Shown in pieces: positions 59,480-64,000 of a stretch of 64,000 bases of DNA (positions are counted from its first letter, which is position 1; every line of letters begins with the position of its first letter). The DNA comes from Azolla caroliniana. Lineage: Eukaryota > Plantae > Polypodiophyta. The notes beneath the pieces are model-generated. The model saw only the letters and a list, made by a program, of their open reading frames with translations, was not told where the DNA came from and made no database searches. A program made the translations under genes and the position numbers. The stretch spans positions 868,001 to 932,000 of the forward strand of contig JBHGNT010000018.1 in NCBI GenBank assembly GCA_043228905.1. Direction: 5' to 3'.

Positions 59480-60150
59480 AATAAATTGGTAGAGATGGAC
59501 CTCAAAAGAAATTGTAGCATTCACCTCTAAAATAATCATTTACCACCTCTAAACTCCACACTTTTGCCCCCATGGCCATGTCCATGAAAGCTGATAAGAG
59601 CTTGAGTTCTATGCTCCAACACAACCCGATACGACATAAGTCTACCCCCATCCCATCCACATCGCATTTGTTATCCAACTCATAAGGCATAGCCACAGAC
59701 ATCAACCATGTCTATGTCACCATCAATAGTACCACATGAGTCCCAAAATGTAGAATTATGATGCGCAAGGATGCAATGCCACAAGGACCCATATCTAACA
59801 AGCCGTCTATAGCATTGCTTCCATTATAACTACTTAGTTCACATTTTCTTCGGTGTGAAACAAGACATTGGGGCATACAACTTATTTGCCCTTACATAGT
59901 TTGGGAGTCTAAGCATGTTTTTCACTAATACAAAGCATTGCTTCCTTTGTCAATCTGGTATACTCCCTACATACGCTCCTCTCATAATCACAATGTGGAC
60001 TTTAGATTACATCAATTACTAGTAAAATTCTTGAACATCTTCGATCACAGCCCCATTCCACACAATACTATGCAAAAATGGTTCACGTTTGGGCCATCAA
60101 GTCAAATTTGACCTTTGAGGACGATAATAAAACTATCCATCTCTATTTTC
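59480..60150 (+). mobile_element. old degenerate LINE 3' fragment
   Basis: Ends with AAGTCAAATTTGACCTTTGAGGACGATAATAAAACTATCCATCTC (family terminus). CTCTCATAATCACAATGTG resembles the reverse complement of the ~31985-32003 LINE segment. Confidence 0.6.
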
Positions 60151-60848
60151 TCGTTAAACCAACTCAAGATTTATATTTCCTTCATATTCGCTATTGTATT
60201 GCATTCATGAAAAAGGCAGTCAGCCAATTATTTCTTGACTAATTAACATTAACGTAGCTTTAAAATACATACGAATTTATTTCTTGACTAATTAAGTTAA
60301 TAATATATTAGCATCATGTTTGATTGTCTCTCAACATATCCTGACAGGCACATTTTTATAAACTCAAAAAATAAAAACAGTATCCGAAAAGACTGACACT
60401 CTTGGCAGCAAACTTATAACCTCCAAGTAACATGTTCAAGGGATGATTTGTGGTTCCCAGGGTCTTTCTCTAAGCAAAAATGTAGGAACATATTTTCCAG
60501 TAAATCCTTAAACAAAACCATAGCAACAAATTTCAACAATGCATAATTCTTGTTTACGTAGTCAATGGATTGCAATCATCGGAACATAATACAAAACAAA
60601 TTAATGCTCACCAATTATTCTAACATAATTGGCATAAAACCATGCACCAATTTCTCTTATGTACATTTTCCTAAGGACACAAATGAACCGCATCAAAATC
60701 TTCTAAAAATGTTTTGATACATAACACAGCAGTGAATTCACCTAGGCATGGCTGTTTGCCCTAATAAAGCTTGGTAAGCACCAGAAAATTTCTGCATGGA
60801 AGTTAAGCAGGCGTTCATCCTTGATGCTCAAATAGAAGCTTTGTGTAA

Positions 60849-62940
60849 CTAAACCTTTTTAATTATCTGCACAACATCCTCATCCTCTAACTCGTGCTCC
60901 TGAAAAGCAACATATTCCAAATTATGTTAGCAATGTTTGAATTGAATCAAATCGACCCCTAGATCATGCATGCTGCCAATGCTTTTACCTTCCCAACTCT
61001 TTGGGGCTTGTGCTTGGCACTTGATCCCCACACAAGTGCGCTGGAAAAAAAATAAAAGAAAAAGATTATAGAGACTGTAGGAGAAACCAAGCATCAACAA
61101 GTCAAATTAAAGCATAGAATATTACTATTTGAACTGTTTTAGCATGTCTTTATGGATCCTTGTGCAAAAGTCTTCCACGGTTCTTTTCTTGGCAGAAAGA
61201 ATAACTGGATCTTCATAATCAGGACTCATTCCTTTCGGCTTTGTATAGATGCGAACAAGATCGAGATATTCCCACACTTTCTCAAGAAGTCCATCAAGAT
61301 TCCACTCCAAGTGAGCACTATAGCATGCCAAAGAAGGTAAACATTGCAAGAAATCTACGGAAATAATCAAGTTCAAGAAATTCCTTGAAGATAATAGACC
61401 TCAGTAAATCCTCTTTTTATTCCATTCAAACTACAACAAATGACATTTTAGAATTAAATATTTTGAGATTGACAATCACACCATGCCATTGACCATGCAA
61501 CTGCCTGTATTCAATGTGAACCCTTTCTTTCACTACAGATTTGTTTGTACTAGAATATGTTTAAGGCCTAAAAGGCCAGGTTGAGTAAGCTCTCTATGAT
61601 ATTTGCCAATTGCAGTTCTAGATGTTTCATCATTTTGTCTATGATCAATGAAACAGAATATAAATTCCTGAAATAAGGTGTTTCTCTTACAAATGAATTA
61701 GTGAGTTACATACTACATTTAACTCATGGATGCCGTTGTATTTGCAGTGTCTCAACTTCCAATACGAAGAAAATATTTCTCAAAACCCATAACAAAAACC
61801 AATCCTATTACAACCAAGCAAGAATAAAGTGCTCTGCAGCAGTCTTGTTGCATTACAATCAACCTTTTCTGGTTTCACTCGGGGACAGTAGGCACAAAGA
61901 GGCATTATCGACTCACAGAGGTACTTTCAAGATGCTACCAACATGGTCTTCCTTATTTTTTGGCCAAAAACATTGTCTTCATCCAACCTTTAAGGTGATA
62001 TTCTTTTAACTTACATTTTACAAACACTATTCAGTATTTATTCACCTTTTGACAAGTATTTCTAATCAAGGGCAGAAATAAACTAAAGATTCATTCAAAG
62101 TAAAGGCATCATAAAACATGCGCATCAGTGAAGAGAATCTGATGCTCACATGAGCACATCCTAAAAAAATCAGCAACATGCCTGACCAACTGGAGTATTA
62201 CCTCACAATATTTGATGCCAGATAGCAGCCCAAAAAAGATCACGTTATTGCTAATACAAAAAAAAAATTTGGACATACCTTACTGGACAATAATGTGGAA
62301 GTTTATCCAAAATTTCCAGTTCTTCGAGTGTGATCTGATCGATCTTGTTCACCACATAAATACAAGGCATGTATATCCTATTGCCCTCAATCACATCAAT
62401 CAAATCATCTGCAGTTGCATCATAGCGTAGAGAAACATCGGCATTATGGATTCTGTACTCTCCACAAATAGCCTTCACAGTGTCTAAATCTAGATGTGTT
62501 GGAGTCACAGTAGAGTTGAAGTTGATGCCACCCTTCTCCTTCCTCCTGAATGTCAGATTAGGTGGAGTGGCATTCAGCCTGTAAAAGAGATGAACTAACT
62601 TCTATGTTAGAACTACCCTTGTGTTAGATGGACAAGTCTTGCAGATGAAGTACAGATTTTAGACAGACATCATTTCCAAACCTAATGCCAAATCCTTCTA
62701 GCTCCTTTTCTATCAGACGTTTGTGCGTGATCGGCTTAATAGCATCCAATACAATCAATATGCAATTGCAAGTTCTTGCCGTGCTGATAACCTATTATAT
62801 CAAAAGATAGCAAATTAGGTACCTCTTGATTTTAGAATGTAACCAGAATGGCATTGCTTTATTTGACAGCTGGGCCTCACCTGCCGACCTCGGCCCTTGC
62901 CATCTTTTGCACCTTCAATGATACCTGGAAGATCAAGAAG
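60849..62940 (-). CDS. DRG: developmentally regulated GTP-binding protein (DRG1-type OBG GTPase), 3' six exons; the 5' part lies beyond the window
   Basis: Exons 62940-62881, 62791-62682, 62578-62279, 61317-61126, 61040-60989 and 60899-60849. Motifs [37 protein letters not shown] and TGS-domain [41 protein letters not shown]. Confidence 0.95.
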
Positions 62941-64000
62941 CTGCAGAGTAGCAACACATTATTGCATCATCAGATCAACTCAATCATAAGAATCTAGAGG
63001 TTGCTGGAAGAACTATTAATTTACTAAACTACTGAAAAATGACAGTGCAGACTGTTTGGCTGTGCCATTCAGGTTTTCTGATAGATTTATGAATCCTGTA
63101 GAATCGGAATATAATAGATATAAAATTTTCGTATTCTGCAAGTGTTATAAACAAAATGGGATATGATTGATGCAGATTCCAGCTTCTCAACTACTCTGAA
63201 CGTGCAACATTAGAATCCATTTCAGATGCAAGACACTTATATATGAGCAAAACTATGAAGTGCAATTTGTCTTGAAAATCAAAAGGATTGTTGCAGCAAG
63301 GTTTTCTAAAAACAAGCACAACTAAGGGTATGCCAGTTATCCTACAGAACATCAAAAAAATAGTGAGAAAACTTGACAGATTTGTTCACGTGATCGTCAA
63401 CTGGTTATATATTATTGCAAGCTGCAATTATGTGGTCAGGATAAATTAATAAAGAATTAATTACTGAATATGCAATCAATATTAGTAAAGATTATTAATA
63501 TTATCTCTTAATAGCTTCACGGTCTACCATGCAATGATTATGTTAATTTGGGTTTTTTGTCCATGGAGAAATTTGATGTTAATACTGAATGCTATTATGT
63601 ATTTCAATAGTCAAATATGTGCATATGAATTTGCAGTTTTTTTCTAATTGATGAGTAAAATGTTACTGATTATACAAGTAAAGGCTTCAAGCAGAATTTG
63701 TAATGCCTAAAGTAGTTTATAAATTTTTCTGTTTTTCTTTTTACTTTCTTCCTCTTTTTACAAAGACTGTAGGAAGCATAGGAAGGGGGCTTCTTTTTAC
63801 AAGGATGGAAGTTTCTCAAAATGTTAAGCCAGCCACTACAATCAGGGTATCACCTTTTCACGTTATTAGTCCCTTCTTTTTCAACAAAAAATGTAAGAAA
63901 ATTGTTGAAAACCTGGAGCTTGGCACCACGATAGTTGATGACACCAGGAATACAGGTCAAGGTTGTGAACTCGTATGATGCTACCTGCATCCAAGAACTC

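Noticed and set aside
61318-62278. Possible U12 intron in DRG (donor GTATGTCC)
   Set aside because: The donor does not match GTATCCTT and there is no CCTTAAC branch site, so it is treated as U2.
404-62940. Functional gene cluster (PhoD, PYD1 and FHIT all touch nucleotide or phosphate catabolism)
   Set aside because: They are interspersed with unrelated housekeeping genes (UTP11, FabZ, RBP, DRG) and show no shared regulatory signature, so chance adjacency is more likely.

Overview
AT-rich land-plant nuclear DNA, probably from a fern (inferred from the PLS-PPR repeat style and LINE content). I reconstructed eight protein-coding genes by hand from splice sites and reading frames: UTP11 (+), a PhoD-like phosphatase (+), plastid dihydropyrimidine dehydrogenase PYD1 (+), plastid FabZ (-), an FHIT-type HIT hydrolase (+), a 2xRRM/Gly-rich RNA-binding protein (-), an intronless PLS-E+ PPR (+) and a 5'-incomplete DRG GTPase (-). 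Between and inside the genes lie a microsatellite-tailed LINE family, a Copia remnant, a solo LTR, hAT-type MITEs with 8-bp TSDs, and several tandem and inverted repeats. The most striking signal is in the FHIT gene. Its frame is only restored if a 3-nt micro-exon (GTC, 38642-38644) is spliced between a U2 GT-AG intron and a U12-type AT-AC intron. No database searches were run, so all family calls rest on motif recognition.
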